In this document: piece by piece, positions 10,762 through 24,030 of the stretch
How the letters are laid out: every line of letters starts with the position of its first letter
How positions within the stretch are numbered: the stretch's first letter is position 1
Assembly (NCBI GenBank): GCA_051453625.1
Contig: JBOZIK010000001.1
Span: 15,779,802-15,819,837 of the forward strand
Origin: Welwitschia mirabilis
Lineage: Eukaryota
Length of the DNA stretch: 40,036 nt
Direction of reading: 5' to 3'
Notes under the pieces: generated by a model
The model's database searches: none
What the model was told of the DNA's origin: nothing
Seen by the model: only the letters and a program-made list of their open reading frames with translations
Program-made: the position numbers and the translations under genes

Positions 10762-13323
10762 AACTGTAACGATCTTTGTTTCCTCTTTAGGGTTTGGTCT
10801 TTTGTTAGGAGTACGGATTTTTAGGGCTCTTCTTCGGCAGTTTTGGAAATTGAGATAATATGCGGTCTGATGTTTGGCTTGTCGAATTCTTCAGTTTCTC
10901 TGGTCATCAGCTTCCGTGGTCTTGAAAATCAATTGTCTTTTCTGGTTCAAAGACAATCTTATCAATCATTTGTCGACATGCCTTTTGCTTCTGGATACCG
11001 CATGAGATTATATTCTTTGGCGGTGAAATGTAAGATTTATTTGGATGACAGGATGACTGATTCTAATTTTACATGGACAGAAAGTGTTCGTAAATGATCA
11101 GAACTTATTGTCTATTTTTTAGTGTATTATTATTTCAAAGTAACATTCTGCAATAACAGGTATCTTAGAAATGAAAAGTGAATATTCTATAACTGTGCTC
11201 TCTGTTTGTAGATATTGATGTTGCTATGTATTATAATTACAGATCGTTCTTAATAGTTTACTAGAATTGGATTTGGCAGCTGCAAAATCTATATGGATCA
11301 ACGAGTATTTTTCACTTGTATGTAAGATTTGTACGCTTCATGTTTCTATCGAATCGTTTCATTGATCTGTTTCTCTCTTGCTTTGTTGAGCTCTTGAACA
11401 AACTATTAGTTTTTAGAAACGATCATATCATGAACATTGTGCACGTGGCAAAGAAGTTGAATGAATCCTGCTGGACATTGCACTTAATCAATCTTCTCGA
11501 TGTCTCTGAAAGTCATCAAGCAGAAATTTGTGAAAGTTCTGAGGCATTCTTTATGTTATTTCTGCTCCTTAAGATCTTTCTGCAATATGCATTTTTACCA
11601 TTTGTTTCTGCCGCAGTCTGCAGTAACCGATTTTGATGAAGCGGCTGAGAGCATGCTACTCCTGATGAACACTTATGTTTAATGTCCTTTGCTTATGGTT
11701 TTGCATGGTTTTTTTCATTAGTTTAGTCTGCTTTGTCTCTTTCTTATAAATATTCTTGTATTAAAAACTTAATCCTAAGTGGGTAATTAGGATGCGCATT
11801 CATGTGACGTGCTTTACATTTCACTGCATCAGGTAGCATGTGATGAATAACGTGATGAGATTATACTCGAAGCTTATCAAGATGAGAACAGTTGGATCCG
11901 CCTGCAAACCCACTGCCATCAGAAAATGCTTTATGTCCTTAGTTTAAGACCAAGCATATAACAAATCAAAGGTTAGTTTGATTTACTGTTTTCATTTCAC
12001 TTCATGTTCAGTTAAATTGTTCGACTTCATCATTAATAGAAATACAATTAGGGAAACGTGGAAAGTTGATTGCTTTGATAGATTTGGGAGTAGTACTTAT
12101 ACGAGATGTATGCTAAACCATCAGGCAACTCATGTGGAATCCTAACATCCTCACCTGGGGTAGTTTCGGTTCCATCTTCAATTGGCTTAGTAACCCGTTT
12201 TCCATGTCAGAAAACGGTGTAATATCCATTTTTCCTCTTGCTCCTGGCGTAACTTTTCTTCTGTTATACAGACATCAGACTCAGGTTCCTCTCTGAGGGG
12301 AGATAGGAGAATCAGCCTGGTTTCTGATTCTTGTTTCAGCAACTACATTTCCACCATTCTTTTTGTGATTACTTCTTTGTTGAATTTCCTTTTTCAAATT
12401 TTCTAATCATGTTTTCATAGTTTCTGTTTTGCAAAAGATTTTTGTATCTGCAGCGTTCAACCAAGGTCCTTTCTCATATCAAGGGAAAACTGAAACCATC
12501 TGGGACTTTTAATACCATAATATCTGTAAAACTTGATTGATGGCTCAAAGAGATCTGTCTAAGGCATAGCAGGGAGTAGAAATGTTTTCACTGACCATCA
12601 GAGTTCCATGACAGGCAAATAGCTTTGTAAGTGTTTCTTAGTTGCATGTACCATGCATATAATTCTTTCTGTTTTTACATAACACAAAACCTTTTTAATA
12701 TATTCCGAGATTCATTCATTTATAAATAAGGCTGTTGATTCATGAAACACAGACGTAGCGCTTTGTTCACGCCTTTCGGAGATGCCAATAGACGATGGGT
12801 CACATGTACCTTTGACTGATTCTTTTCAAGTGCATTCACAGATTTGTCTGTTTCTGAAGTCATTGCATGATCTGTTCATTGAATGATACAGTAATCATTC
12901 ATGAAACATTTGTTGGCACTTTGTTCCTGACTTTTTGAAGTACCAATAGAGATTTGATCTGACAGGGCTTGGGCTATCTTTCTTCAATTGCCCTTAACTT
13001 TTTGATATGCTCTCTCAATTATTGACGTTGTTGGTTGGCCGATTGTATATAGCAATATATTTATTTCAGTTCTCCTCTTCTGGAAAGATATTTGTGACCA
13101 TATAAGCAAATACTGGGGAAGCATTGTGATTTTGAACATAGCTTGTTGCTTCGTGGGTTTTTAACATGTATGATTTGTCATCATCTTGCTTTTGAGTTTT
13201 TAATATCTAACAGCTCCACGAGTAATATGTCATAAGGATTGGACAAATTCTTTGGGAAATTTTGCTTAATTTGTCTTCATAAGCATCTTTGTCGTAGAAC
13301 TTTATGAATTAATATGTTCATGC

Positions 13324-13720
13324 AGCTTATAAATCAGTATTTGACGTGGTTTAGTGATGTGAGGGCAAGGCACAACTAGTTTCGTTAGAGTGTCGTTGGC
13401 TGTATTGTTGTTTTAGGAAGAAAGTTGGCTCTATTGTTGTTTTAGGAAGAAAGTTATTGAACTTTGAAGGGTTTTTGAAACCTTCTGCATCTACACGGTG
13501 GAAGATTAATGTCATCCCTTTTTGTTGATCAGTGAAAGCTTTGATGTTTATACTGCTTATAAATCAGTACCTGAGATCTACTTTAGCGATGCGAGAGCAA
13601 TGAATAACTAGCCTGTAATGTTGTATGAGGAAAAGAGTTATCAAACGTTGAGGTCGCATTAAAACATTTTGTGTCTACGATGTGGAAGATTATTGTCATC
13701 TCTTTTGTTGATTAGTGGAA
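13324..13720. repeat. Diverged ~200-bp tandem duplication containing an internal 29-bp-period duplication
   Basis: gcttataaatcagta at 13324 and 13555; tggaagatta.tgtcatc.ctttt.gttgat.agtg at ~13500 and ~13684; tattgttgttttaggaagaaagtt twice within 13403-13455. Confidence 0.8.
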
Positions 13721-16700
13721 ATTCTGATCTGGATGATATACTCCTTATCAAAAATGAGAGAGATAATGTCACACTTATTTTTTTAAATCTTTTCTCATGG
13801 AATTCTTCTTTGAATTTTCTCATGGGAACATCATTGAGTCAATTAAATCCTTGGTTTCTTACACTATACCAGATGACATATAATGGTGACACGCCTTTTT
13901 GTGATTATTACATGACTGTGATCCACTAAAGCTTTGTGATATGAGGTCATCATTCAACTTTTTATTCAATGCACTCTCGTCTTCCAATTTCTTATCAAAG
14001 AAAGACTGATTCTTTGGGTTAGTGTTGAGATTTCTTGAACTCCTTGAGCCATGTTCAAGTCTTCTTCAATTATATCTTTTAATAGGAAAAGTTCTTGTTT
14101 AATACAAGCAAGTAGTTGAATTGCTCGTCTATGTTGGACTTACCATTTTACCTTTTTGTGTTATTCTTCTTCTATGGGATCATATGATTTGGAAAGTTCA
14201 TGTAGAAAGCATAAATATAAAACTGATAATGTTGAATATATTTAATAATTAACACATGGAACTTATTAATAATATAATGAATAATTACATAATGTTGGAA
14301 ATACAAAAGAGAGAAATCAAGAGATGCAAATTTAATACATGCGCTATTGGTTTTAGGTTTTGAAGTCATAGGCTTTGTTAACGAATATAGCTCATCTTAA
14401 TGAGGTGTGTCTTTTATTGAAGTATATCTTTACCCTTGTGGAAAAGGGAGTAAATTTTTCATGTCAAAGTGTTTCCATTTTAATTTGAGAGACAGTGATT
14501 TAAGTGACCCTATTTCTGTTTGTAATAAAGGGATTTTTTAAAATTTTTATTTTCACCTTTATTTCCATTATTGTTTACGCTGGATGTGCTAAGTCGTACT
14601 GTCAAAAACATCATTTGTTGAACAATTACTTTGAACGCTAGTCTTGTTGCACGATGGAAGTGTAAACCTTTACAAATTATTACCTAGAGTTTTCATTATG
14701 CAAAAAGATGTCATTAAGTATCCTTTTGAAAGGTTTTGTATTTAATTTCAATGTACAACAAATAATGCAAAAGAGAGCTAATACCAAAGATCAAGCTCCA
14801 AGTGAATCCAATATGACTAAATAAAAGATTAAACAAGTAGACTTTTAACAGCAAGTGTTTTAAGGAGAATAAAGAACTAAATGCATCTAGCTCAAAACCC
14901 TAGTGACAATTTAATTAAAATACATTAGCAATGGTTAATAGAAAGTGTTGAGAGTGCTTCATTATGCCGTGCCCGAAAGCAAGAAAATATCAACAATTGC
15001 ATTTATAGAACTAAATTTATAGAAGCATCATAAATAAGAAATTAAAGGCAAGTGTAGTACATCGTGTAGTTGCTTTAACTTATGTTTATAAGTTGAGAGC
15101 TTTAATGTTTTGGATTCAATTTTTGCCTCCTATGTATGTATACAAAATGCACACAAAGGTAGGCTTCAATGTTTCAGGTAAGAATCATAGGTGAAGCCTG
15201 GACATGTGATGGCTAGCTCCTAGGTTGGTAGGGCCGTACATGGGTTTCCATTTGGCTAAATAGATGACCAAGTGCGGTATGGTGTACCATAAATTAATGG
15301 TTTAAAAAAGTATTAACTTAAGGGAATCATACTTTTTTAAAAAAATGGGTAATATGAGTACATTAATGCTATTTGCAGTTAGCAAGACAATCAACATTGC
15401 TCCATTAGGATATAATGAACTTACAGAATGCAAAAGCAAGTTAAAAACATACAACTAGTATTATAACGATATTTTGATCTGTTTACATATTAAATATATA
15501 CAGTGACCCAGTTGGCATCGTTTCTATATGAAACTGGATGAAAATATGAAAACACAGAATTTCAAAATCCACACCAAGTTAGATAAATTCTGAAGCCTAC
15601 ATAGAACTTCATTTAATAGATGCCTTTAACTTATGTTTCTTTTGGCATTGCATCATTCAACAACAACTAAATCCAACTAGTTCCATGGTTGGTCGTAAGT
15701 CTAATGAAGCAGAATTGTATTGGTGATTTCTACACCAAGGGAAAGTAAGCTAAACCATTGAGAGGTTGTGTTCCTTCCTTCTTGTTTGTGTATCTGATAG
15801 TAAGCTTCCTAATAAAGTTGGTTAAGTCTCAACAAATTTCTAACTCAATAAACTTCTTAAGAACATAAAAATGTTAACTTCTAGGAAATTCCCTCAAAGG
15901 GAGGTAGATCTATTTACTAAAATACAAAAAAAGAGATTTTAAATAGTAACATTTCTAGCTTTTATTTTATTTATCAATTTTTGATATCACCCTTCCCCAT
16001 GTAGGAATGAAATGATGAAACAAAAATATTCTAATATTGATGCAAGTTGAAAGAAATTTAACTAGAACCAAAGGTGAAAATTGTAGAAATACTAATGCAT
16101 AGATTGCAATGTGATCATGACTACATTGAATTTGGTTAACAACTAAAGAAAATTTCAAATTAAGTAAAAACAAACAGACTTTGACATAATACAAATAAGA
16201 ATGATGAATTAGCCTCCTATAACAATAGAAAGCATCAAGGTGAAACACAAATCCACCATCAAGTGATTTAATAAATTATATCTTATGACAATACCCATGT
16301 CATAAAAAGCAAAGAAAGAACTAGGGATCCTTAGCCCCTTTTTGTTTGTTAAAACATACTAGACTTGTCTTAATTTTCCCTAGTTTCGCCCCCCACCACT
16401 TTATGCTCTACTTAAAAGTATTTTCTTACATTTTCAGTTCCTTGAAGATGTGATCATGAAAAGGCTCAAATTGCAACTATCTTGACAACTTTTTGGAGCA
16501 TCTTTAAGGACAATGATGACGGCTAAGACTAGTTGCAATAATGATGGGCTGAAGTATGGATCTGATGAGGTGGTCATGTGGGACTAGAAATCCTTTGAGA
16601 TCATTATATTAATCGTCCTCTTATTACATGATCCTAATAATAAGTTTGGTCCTGTGATGTGGATCCTACCAATGGTCCAGCACTACTTCCAATAGTGATT

Positions 16701-18841
16701 TTTATGATCATTGCAATTACTAATGGAGACATTTATGTGATGAAGATTACTTTTAAGGAGCTCCTATGATATTCCTATGCTGCCTATACTATACTTGAGA
16801 TTTCAGAGTTGATCCATAACTTTCCAGACTCGTTTCCAATGATTTCTAGCCTTGCAATGAGTGTTGAATTTATGATTTTTTTATGTGTGAAGTGTCATGT
16901 TAAAAGTAAATCTAGAAATTGAATATCTATCTATAATAAGTTCCAAAATCAAGATTTCAAAATCTAGATGGCATTATAATCTCATTTAACCAACCTAGTT
17001 GATTTTGAAAGTTGAAAAAGTGGTTTGAAATGTGATTCTAACAACTTTTCTTTAGTTCTAACTAAATCCTAAATTTTGCTATGATAATTTAGATCAACTT
17101 TGTAGCCTCCCACATCCTAATTTATTCTCTTAAAGTTAATTAATCCTTTTTAGAACTAAGATTCCGCCATTTCCTTAGTTTTGGAAAAAAAAATTGAATC
17201 ATTTCCCTCAATTTTGGCCAAATTCTACCATTCATGTTGATTTTTTCACTTTTTTACATCATTCTTCATTATCCTACTTCACTTACTAACTTTTTTTTTT
17301 CACCTAGAAGAAGGAATAACAAGATCTTAGATGAGTTCATTTTGCTAGTTTTAAGGTAATTTGGGACTATTCAAGATCAGTAATGGATGTTCTTAATTTA
17401 ATCCCTCGTTATATAAGAAATCTATATTACTGTTTTCAATTTTATGATCAACATTTTTTGCATTTTTCTAAAATTTCATGCTTATATGTCAAGTTTGCAT
17501 AAATTTAGCACTAAAATAGGATTATATGTTAATTTTTGATAGTTTTGCATGGAATTGTAATTTATATTATATTACTTATAGAAGAAAAGTGATTTCAATG
17601 TAAATCTTTATTAAATTTCTTATCTTTTTTTTCCTAATGTTTTGTTATTTTTCATTGAAGACTGCCATTTTTCATTTCAAAATACTATTAAATATACTCG
17701 AAATCTTCTCAACTATTTTATTAAAATACATTTTATTTAATTTTTAAAATTTCCATGAGTTTTGTTGCTATTACTATTTTTGAAAATTGTCAAAAACATG
17801 TTATGAAGTCTTGAATTATCTCTAGAAGATTGGGTATAATGTAGATACCATAATAATATCATGGTATCTTCTCATAAGTCATGTTAATTACACAAGAATC
17901 TATGTTAGTAGTCAGAAAGACTATAGGAATAATTATTAAAACTACTAGATTATCACTAGTGTCCATGTCATATGATCAAGATCATTAACAAGATCTCATG
18001 TAAACATAGGATTGCTCACATTGATCTAAAGAGGTCTCTAACTCTTCATCATTGTCTTGTTTCATCCTAGCTCCAAGTCATTATGATAGAGGATAATTAT
18101 GATTAGTGTCATCATTATTGAAATATGCTTCCAAATGTGTCAAAAATAGTTATAAATTTACTATTTCCTAGATTAGCTAGTAAATTACCAAAATGTAGTA
18201 AAATACCTCTAATTATAGCATAACATGTGAAAAACTGTACAAAAAGTTAGGCAAATTTAATAGATTTTAATGAAGAGATGGATGTAACTAATAATAATGT
18301 TGTTCATATGCGAAAAGTGTAAATTTGATGATTTTGACTTGATACTCAATAATTTCTTATAGCATGAATCATTATAACTAAGCATTTCTACAAATTTAAT
18401 AAAGTATAGTTAAGCTTAGTGAATGATTTTATATGGTTTTGTAAATACTTTTTCGTTCATATTTTTTCCTTAAATGTCTTTTGCCCTCTCTTCTAACAAT
18501 GTATGTAATGTGATTTAGTAGAGTAATTTTAAATATGTCTTGCATCATACATAAAATTCTTTTATTTATTGTGTTTTCTTTATGATTTCTTATCACAATG
18601 TAATTTCATATAGTAGGAATAAGAGTTTTCTTTTTCTTTTTTTTAAATCATATGAAAATGATCATGTTGATAAAGTATCTTTAATTTATAGCAAATACTT
18701 AGTTTTGTTACTTTAATACTTGTTTACCAACCCCTAGCTGTGCTTGTTTAGGAGACTTCTATTAAGTTATTTTAAAACGATTTTCTATATTAATATGTCT
18801 ACGACATAGTTTTTAGAGATTTAGCATGTGATCTTCTCATC

Positions 18842-18920
18842 TTGTGTGTGCGTGTGCGCACACACACATATACGCACAAATTCAAAAAAAAAAAGAAAGA
18901 AAAATGAAAAAAAGAAAAAA
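18842..18920. repeat. Compound microsatellite (TG/CG/CA alternating, quasi-palindromic) followed by an A-rich tract
   Basis: ttgtgtgtgcgtgtgcgcacacacacatatacgcacaa, then A-runs interrupted by G. Confidence 0.85.
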
Positions 18921-20489
18921 AAAAGAAAAAAAAAAGAATAGATTCTAAGGATGGTTCCTTTCTAGAACATGTAATTCTATGTTTATATCCTTGTTAAAGT
19001 GGCAATTCTCAGTGTGCACCACTAGAATTTCCAATAGTTCATTATTTTAAAAATAAAGAAAAATAATATAACATTAAAAACTAACTTAAGGTGTTAAAAG
19101 GAATATCTAAAATATTAGTTAAGAGAATGTAGAGTTTTTACTAGATACGGTCACAAAAATCAAGGATAATAATTATAAATTTCTTGCTCATGAGAATGTT
19201 ATTGCGGTTGGGATGAAAATGACTAAATAAAACATAGCTATAGGATAACAAGATACTATATATGTATAGAAAAGATGAATGACATCACATCAAAGACACT
19301 TATGAATAGTTGTGAATTACCATTATATTAACTTTAACAATAAACTTAGACCTACTAGCCCACTTGTAAGTTTTCTAGTTTCAAACGCAAATGCTGAATC
19401 ACAAGTAATCAGTCTTCTTATTCTAGATATGATCACATTAGAGCATATAATGAATAGCTATCAGATATAATCAGAATGGTTTAACTTTACCTATAGACTT
19501 GGAAATGGATAGCCCACTCATGGGCTTTTTAGTCTTTAATGAGAAGACTAACTCAAGGAAATATTGTTTCTAAGCCTTTTTGAAATCTTATTAATCTTTT
19601 ACTAATATATTCTTAATAGAAAAATTTTCCCCTTGTTTTTGTTATTTTCTTCATTGGATTTTTTTCCTTATTGATATAAATATTAATATTTCCTTTTATA
19701 TTTACTTTTCATTCCATGGTTTTAATACTGAGAAAAAAGGCTAATTCTAATTATCTTCTTATGCTCCTTATTGGTTTATTCTACTCAAAAACTACAAAAC
19801 CAATGTAATGGCAACCCTTTTATCATATAGCACTATCATGACTCCATATAAGGAAGCCGAAAGATTCTTCCTTACCACATTACATGGCAAACATGGAAGC
19901 AAACTATCATCATTTTCTAAATATTTCCTTACACTTGTTTATTTAGTACATGATTACTTTAGATAAGTTATCATAATGTAAGTTCCTAAAATATTTAACT
20001 ATATTACCAAGCATTAATTAATTCAATAAAGTTGACCCTTAGGAAGCAACAATAATGAATACCTTTACTGAAAGGTAACCATAATCGTCCCTTTAAAAAT
20101 TTAAATCATGGCCTTAAAGTGGATGATATGTAAAGGCTAGATAAGAGTTAGACATTGATAACTCTTAGGGATATTAGTAATTCACATCATCTAAAGCTAT
20201 CAAACTTCTTATGTTGGCTAATGATACTTCAAACAAATGAATGTACCCCCAACACAATGATAATTATGCATTATTAGTGGGGCATTTCCACGTAGACAAA
20301 TTGCAAATATAAGATAGTGAAAATACAAGTTTTTATCATGGCTTTTATAGCTTTCTATCTACTCTGGATATTCAATGTGGTCTTTATAGTGTGCTTTATC
20401 AAAACATAGATTAAGTCATCCAACTCCAAAAACTGAAGGGATCACAAACGCCACCCAATACATACAAACTATTATTAATAGAACAATGA

Positions 20490-20903
20490 AATAATTTAGC
20501 TAATATAACACCAACCACATCATTAAACTCCAATAAATAAATTATATTACTACTCAATGACATCACTAGGCTATTCAATGATTTAGGCAACAAACATAGA
20601 AAAGTTATCAACTTATTCTCATTTGAAATTTTCTTCCTTATGATAACTATTTGCAAACTAACTGAGTTAAACCCTTACAATTAGTGGATCATGGTTTCAT
20701 ATCCCTATAGCTTTAAGCTATGTGATTTTTAATTAAGAAAGACATGATTTGTTAGTGTCCCTTCTTAGTAGAGTTTCTTCAATGTGTTTCGTAGATAATG
20801 GGCACATTATACATCTTACAATGGGCACATTATACATCTTACACATTCATAAGAATAGAATAACCTAGACACCATTGAGTAATTGCCAGAGCAACATTGT
20901 GTG
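20490..20903 (-). pseudogene. Ty1/copia gag (UBN2-type) relic
   Basis: After removing a 23-bp duplication the minus frame reads NVALAITQWCLGYSILMNV*..CAHYLRNTLKKLY*EGTLTNHVFL....SLKL....FNSVSLQIVIIRKKISNENKLITFLCLLPKSLNSLVMSLSSNIIYLLEFNDVVGVIL. This fits the copia gag pattern A..I.lcL...vl.nV...lW..L..lY...ltN..fL...Fn...LL.SLP.S. Confidence 0.75.
20798..20843. repeat. Exact 23-bp tandem duplication
   Basis: atgggcacattatacatcttaca x2. Confidence 0.95.
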
Positions 20904-22416
20904 AAAATTTTTAATTAAAATGTCACAAAATTTGATGAAATTTCTTATGTGAGAAATTTTGTAATTAATAACAAAGCTTCTTATTAAAATTCAACCTGAA
21001 CTGAGATTAAACAAGTTGCTAAAATGAAGAAGGCTCTTTGCTTTCCTATGAAATTTAGCTAGTTTTAGAAATTTTTACTAAATTTTAATATTATGATCTC
21101 ATGTTTTTTATTTTTGTTTTTTTATTTTTTTCTTTTTAAAGTATTTTTATATTACTTATTTTTATTTTATTAAAACTTGATGGGTTATGTAAAGACAAAG
21201 TTGGGAAGATGAAGCATTGCATTAAAGGTAGTTGAGGATTGACCTCTCTGTCAAAATTAAAACTACAAAAACAATAGCATTATAGGCATAATGGAAACCA
21301 AACTAGTCTTTTGAATTAATATTTTTTAAAACTTCAATTTGCATATATTATTGCAATGTTTTTTTTAAATCTTTCATTTCAAGCATAAGACTTAATTTTA
21401 GAAAATCTTAAAAAACATCTTTTTTTGAATTTTGGAAAGTAGTACTCATTAATTCAAACTTGTTTTCTTGTCAATGGGTTAGTAGTCTAACTAGTTAGAC
21501 ATTTATGTTTCATTTAGGAAGTCATGAATTTAAACCTTTGGATGCTCTACTTGATATACTATAAGGTTTTGAGCATAAGTAAACATTTGTTTGGATGATC
21601 ATGCTCACTACACTTCTTGAAAAGTGTAAATTACTAAAAGTTTTGAGTTTGACATTCCAAAAAGATCTATTTGCTTAAACTTAATACTATATATTACCAT
21701 TATATTTTTTACCACAAGTTCCTTGTGTGTTAAGAACCATTTTATTTGAATTAAGTGTGGTACAAATAGCGAGATTCTAGAAATCATGGTGGATACCTTT
21801 TAACAAGCTAGCATTGACATATTATATTGCTTCTTAGTCATATTGCATAAAGTAACTTAGATGGAAGTAACTAATCACTATATAATAGAACACTTCAAAA
21901 CTTACAAAAACCCATCACACTTTAAAGCCATGTTCAAAATTCTTAAGAGAGATTTACCATATTCCAAAAAGGATATTATACATTATTCTTGCCTTAAGCA
22001 TATATTACTATCCAAGCATATCTTTATAAATGGTAATGCCTAAAATAAAGATCTTAGACCCAACATAGAAAGAAGAAAGAAGGAAAGAAAAGGAAAAAGA
22101 AATAAAAATAAAAAAAAACATTCTTGTCCTTGTACACTAGGAAAAGTAGACATTAGTAAAATTCACAATGAGATAAATAATTACATTTTCATTTATGCAG
22201 ATGCAAAACTCAAAGAAATATTTTTAAAAAAAGTAAGGAACATTTTAAAATGCATCTTTTAAATTCAAACACATTATAGGGTTTATTAATTATAAAAGTT
22301 TCATACATCATTCTAAAAAACATGCTAATTTCTTTTAAAAAATTTTTCCATAAAAATCTTTTTTTGTTAAATGATTTTCTAGTTTAGACATTTTGGTTTA
22401 TTTTTAATAGTATAAT

Positions 22417-23955
22417 TGTCATGTCCACATTTTTCTAAGGTTAAAAAACCTCCCTACTTAATTAGATGATTCATTAAATATTGAAAGATTAAGTTAGTTA
22501 TGGAATTTACTATTACTTGTGCATATTTTTCTCTTGTTATGATTTGGAACTGAATTACTTGATTTCTTTTGAAAATTAACTGCAGTTTTGGTGTAGATTT
22601 CTTTTAATTGTATCTGGATCATGAAATAGTAATTATATATGTTCTGAAGTATTTACTTATGTTATTTATTTCATGCAATTAAATTTATTTAGCAATGTTA
22701 TTATACTAGAGTTTTCACCCAATGGTCATGCTTAAAAAGGATGGGTTGTGGGAATCTAAACTACCTGTAGGTACCTAAGTCCCTTAGCTATTGAAGTCAT
22801 AGATGCATACCTTATGATTGTAATACAATTAGCAGTACTTGAGGATTTAGCTTAGAACAGGTATGGATCCAAACCACCTTTTTTAAGATTCTTGTAGGCT
22901 TCCAACCTTTTCTTGTAATACTTGTATGCTTCTAGTGTTTCTTGTATTATTTTACATAAATTATTTGGCATTCTAAGAAATTTGCTTGTGTAAGCCCCCT
23001 TTGCATTACAATCCTTAAGATTCTTGTAGAAGTCATAGAGTCTTATGTGTCTTATTGATCCCTTTTGATAGCCTATTGTAAACCATGCTTGTGATTATCT
23101 TGTGATGACCATTAACCTATATTGTAATATGTTAAAGTATGAAACTAAAACTGGCTCGGATAACTAGGTGTACATACTTCAGAGAGTGATACTCTCTGTT
23201 GGGAGTTCTAAGGTAGTGGGACCAAACTACTAGAGCAAAAAGAGAGAAATATGAACAACTTGATATTATTTTTACCCCTTTTGGTAGGTGCAACTGGATT
23301 AACAGAAATTATTGTAAAATAATAGTAAAAGAAGATAATGTTTAATTGATGTAAGATCTTAGTCATGTCCTTTGTGATGTAGTCCTTTACCTTGTTCCTT
23401 ATTGGGAGGAATCCCTTTCCTACCCATTCCTTGTCTTAGGTCATACTGGAAACTATGATGGATGTAGTTCTTACACCATACATGTACGTACAGGACTTAT
23501 TGCATAAGAGGATACTAATAAGCACTAGAGATCACTATGAGAACTGGGTGGGATCTGTTTATTTACTTCAGTTGTTTACATTATCATGTTTAGGTAGTTA
23601 TATTTGAAAGGACATCTGATGTAAGAGATATGTATCATCAGATTGTTATGTTATGATTTGAGCACAGATAAATGTTTTATCAGTTTTTTGAATTTGCAAA
23701 TATGTGTATGATTATTTATTCCTGTGAAAAATATTATATTATGTGCTAGATATTTTCTTTTTCCTTGCATTTGCAAATACGTGTATGATTATTTATTCCT
23801 GTGAAAAATATTATATTATGTGCTAGATATTATATTATGTGCTATATATATATATATGTTTTCCTTGAATTTATTATTAATACTTGCATCAAGTTAGAAA
23901 TTAGTTATTTTAATATCCTGCAATTATGGACATAGTTTAATTGGTGTCTTCTACA
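22417..23955 (+). repeat. Long LTR-like repeat, copy 1 (solo or 5' LTR of an older gypsy family)
   Basis: Begins tgtcatgtcc. Collinear direct match over ~1.2 kb to 38750-40036, roughly 80% identity by eye. Right end (ggtgtcttctaca, 23955) is tentative, and no clear PBS or matching TSD was seen. Confidence 0.75.
23692..23845. repeat. Recent 63-bp direct duplication (period 77) ending in a short TA microsatellite
   Basis: 23692-23754 and 23769-23831 differ at one base; followed by a further partial atattatattatgtgcta copy and (TA)n. Confidence 0.9.
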
Positions 23956-23967
23956 AATTATCTTCAA

Positions 23968-24030
23968 GGGCGGTCTTAGCATAAATAGTTACTAGCAATT
24001 CAATAAAGAGTCACGAGTTCAAGTCCCTTA
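23968..24030 (+). mobile_element. tRNA-like relic (probable tRNA-derived SINE head)
   Basis: A-box-like TAGCATAAATAG (23977-23988) and B box GAGTTCAAGTCC (24015-24026) at tRNA-like spacing. No intact cloverleaf. Confidence 0.45.

Noticed and set aside
11630..11900. TGATGA/CTGA motifs suggesting C/D snoRNAs
   Set aside because: Box spacing is too short or a D box is missing, and no terminal stem or recognisable rRNA guide was seen.
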